NCBI RefSeq assembly: GCF_009914755.1
Contig: NC_060925.1
Length of the DNA: 64,000 bases
Origin: the human T2T-CHM13v2.0 reference genome, Homo sapiens
Reading direction: 5' to 3' (one strand)
In this document: piece after piece, positions 59,884-64,000 of the stretch
Layout of the letters: each line of letters opens with the position of its first letter
Numbering within the stretch: the stretch's first letter is position 1
Position numbers and translations under genes: made by a program
The notes under the pieces: generated by a model
The model's database searches: none
What the model saw: only the letters and a program-made list of their open reading frames with translations
What the model was told of the DNA's origin: nothing

Positions 59884-60485
59884 TGAGGTGTAGCATTTTG
59901 AAGAAACTTGCCCACAGTTACACAGCTAGCAAGGGCAGGAGCCAGGATTCGAACCCAGTGGTCTGCTCTAAAACTCCGCTATCTCAGGTCCCTCCACACT
60001 TGGACACAGAGTTCCACTCACACACACAACAGAAGACACCTGCAAACAGAGAGGGGCAAGCACTCCCAACATAAGCACACACATACAAGCATGTATCCAT
60101 CCACTGCAGTAAACACACGTACACACACAGACATACAGCCACAAGTAAACAGATGTGTCTGTTTTGCTAACCAAGAAGTTCCCCAGTGCCGGCACAGTGG
60201 CTGACACACAGTAGGCACTTAGAAAATATTTCCAAATAAATCAATACCCTTGTGCTCATTCACCTTCCTACCCACGATGACACATGAACACATGTGCACA
60301 GACTCTCATGCATGGAGACATTCAGGGAGGGTTCCATGGACTAAACAGCGGGTTAAGAGCAGTCTTTGGGTTCAGGTATATGACAGTTCAAATCCTGTCT
60401 CCATCATTAATGCTGTGTGACACAGGGAAGTCACTTCACTTCTCTAAGCCTCAATGTCATCATCTAGAAAATGGAGATTAATTCA

Positions 60486-60827
<342 letters not shown>

Positions 60828-61360
60828 TAAGCGATGGTCAGTTCACCAGGTACTGGAAATAGAGCAGTGAGCAAAACAGACAAAAACGCTTGCACACACA
60901 GAGCTCATGTCCTACTAGGGGCAGATAGGCACTTAAACAATCAAACACAATATATTAGGTGGGGAGGAGGCCACGAAAAAATTAGCAGGAAAGGCTTTGG
61001 GGAGTTCTTGAGCGGGATTGCAATTTTAAAATAGACAGAATGGACACAGAAGAGCACATAATCTAAGATCCCGTTTGTATGAAGATCAAGAAGAGTTCAT
61101 CAATGGTGATAGAATTCATAAGAATAGTTACTTCTGGGAAGTGTGGAGTGGAACCTTACAGAGGGGCTGGAAATGTTCTACTTCTTGACCTAGTTGGTGG
61201 TTGCACAGGTACAGGCATACGTAAAAAAGAAAAAAAAAACAGGCACAAAGATTAGTGCACCAGACACATTTTTGTACATTATCCCTCAGTTTACAAAAAC
61301 AGGATGGTCAGGGAAGGTCTCATTGAGAAGATGACATATGAACAAAGAAATGACTGAAGG

Positions 61361-61698
<338 letters not shown>

Positions 61699-61981
61699 TC
61701 ACCGGGGAAGTGCTTTCCAGACAGAGGGGACAGCAGGAGCAAAGGCCCTGAGGCCAGAGGATGCCTGGAGTGCTCAAGGATCCGCAAAGAGGCCAGGATG
61801 CCTGGAGCAGAAAGAATAAGGGGGAGAGTATGGAGAGCTGGGGTCCTCTGTGGACCATGAGGGGAACTTGCACTTTTCTCCGCATGAGATGAAAGCTTGT
61901 GGAGTGTCTGAGAGCACCAGTGCCGTGATCTGACTTTTAAAAGGATTGCTCTGATTGCCTTGCAGAATGATGGTGGGGGGA

Positions 61982-62370
61982 TGTATCAGTCAGGATTCTC
62001 CAGAGAAACAAAACCGGTACGATATACATTAAAAGATTTATTTCAAGGAATTGACTTACCCAAATCAGCTAGCACATCCAGAATCCGTTGGGTGGACCAG
62101 CAGGCTGGAATCTCTCAGGCAGGAGCTGATGCTGCAGTACAGAGGCAGAATTTCTCCTTCCTTAGGGAAACCTCAATTTTGTTCTTAAGGCGCCTTTTGC
62201 TGATTGGATGAGGCCCACCCAAATTACTGAGGATAATCTCCTTTACTTAAAGTCCACTGACTGTAGATGTGAGCTACATCTACAAATACCTTCACAGCAA
62301 CACCTGGATTAGTGTTTGAATTATTGGGTTCTACAGCTTAGCCAAGATGACACAGAAAACCAACCATCAC
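61982..62370 (-). mobile_element. MLT2 (ERVL) solo LTR
   Basis: tgtatcagtcaggattctccagagaaaca...gattggatgaggcccacc...aaccatcac. Confidence 0.85.
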
Positions 62371-62835
62371 GGGGAGCCAGGGGAGAAGCAGGGAGACAGT
62401 TAGGATATAACGGTAATAACCCTAGAGGGAGAGGAGAGTGGCTTGGAACAGGGCAGCAGGAGCAGAAGTGGTGAAAAGCGATGGGTTCCAGGCACAGTAT
62501 GAAGGTCAAGCCAGCAGGATTTGCTGATGGATTGGATGTGGGTGTGAGAGAAACGGGACCAAAAAGTCCTCCAAAGTGTCTGACCTGAGCAACAGGAAAC
62601 ATGGAGCTGCCACTAACTAAAATGAGGCAGACTGCAGGAGGAGCCGGTTTAGGGGAAGATGGAGAATTCCATTTTAGACATAAGTTAGAGATGCCTCTTA
62701 AACATCAAGCAGGCAATTGAATATATGAGTCTGGAGGCAGAGGAGTAAATCTGGAGTCTGGGATTTAGCCAGATGAGTCTGGCAAAGCCAGAGCGGAACC
62801 AAGGAGATAAGAGTAAATGCGAGGGTGACAATAGC

Positions 62836-63129
<294 letters not shown>

Positions 63130-63484
63130 TGAGTGACAATAGCAATACACCTTGGGGCCAAAGGTAGGTACAGAGCGCAAGGCAGCATGACGGATGAGGA
63201 CAAGGCAAAGGTGTGGGACCAGTGCATTTGTTATTGGGGTGCAGGGGGAGATTGTTGGAAAGAGGAAGCTGGAGGAAGTGACTTAGGAATATGAGAGGTA
63301 GTAGTTGGAAATCGGGGTCCTTAAAATTAAGATGATTGAGAGGCTGCTGTTGTTAAGTCAAGGGAATGACCACAGGACACAGGAGGTAGGATAGATGGCA
63401 AGCAAGGAGCTCAAGGAACCCAGGGGCAGGGTGTCAGCAGCATCATCCTAGATGGTTATTAAAAGCACCAAGAATTCAGACCCA

Positions 63485-63700
63485 GCCAGGCGTGGTGACT
63501 CACACCTGTAATCTCAGCACTTTGGGAGACCGAGGGGGGCAGATCATTTGAGCCCAGGAGTTCAAGACCAGCCTGGGCAACATGGCAAAACCTCATCTCT
63601 ACCAAAAAAACAAACAAAAAAAAAAAACACCAAGACAAAAAATTAGCCAGGTGTGGTGGTGTGCACCTGTAGTCCCAGCTACTCGGGAGGCTCAGGTAGG
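63485..63700 (+). mobile_element. 3'-truncated Alu
   Basis: Left arm plus start of right arm. Confidence 0.9.
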
Positions 63701-64000
63701 AGGAGGAGGCAGGAAGGGCAGGGGGGTGGAAAGTCTCCCTGATGGCCTGAGAGTCAAGCTGGGAGTGCTAACCCTCCACCTTGCAAGGCCTTCGTGAGGG
63801 CTAAATAGGCCCACACTATGTAGGGAGGGCTAAATAGGGCTAATGGGTGGCCACAGTGCCCAGCAGACAGCCTGGCACATAGTAAAGGCTCTGTAAGCGC
63901 TACTCCCTGTGACCCCCTAGAAGCAGCCCTGCACTGACAGTGGGGGATGGGAGGCGGGGCAGGGATGGAGGCTGAGTTTGGCCTTTTTTCCATGGAGCCG

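Overview
Human (primate) genomic DNA carrying the 3' half of EPHB2 (Eph receptor B2 tyrosine kinase) on the + strand. Eleven coding exons were assembled by hand with GT-AG boundaries and consistent phases; these are canonical exons 6-16 (second FN3 repeat, TM helix, juxtamembrane, kinase, SAM, PDZ-binding ...QSVEV*). They are followed by a 3' UTR with a proximal (48812) and a distal (54983) AATAAA, then intergenic DNA. Introns and the flank are rich in Alu, MIR, L2, MaLR/ERVL LTRs and hAT MITEs. No prokaryotic-type system, CRISPR array or second protein-coding gene is supported; almost all entries of the ORF track outside the exons are Alu- or chance-derived. The interesting signal is isoform architecture. 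(1) A sense THE1 LTR in intron 6 has a DUX4-type motif, TATA box, Kozak ATG and GTAAGT donor in frame with exon 7. (2) A MIR-derived terminal exon could give a secreted ectodomain. (3) There is a NAGNAG acceptor and a +48 cryptic donor at exon 9. (4) Exons 8+9 can be skipped in frame. (5) An in-frame 93-nt intron removes the stop codon and the PDZ motif. Repeat subfamily names and repeat end points are by eye and approximate.
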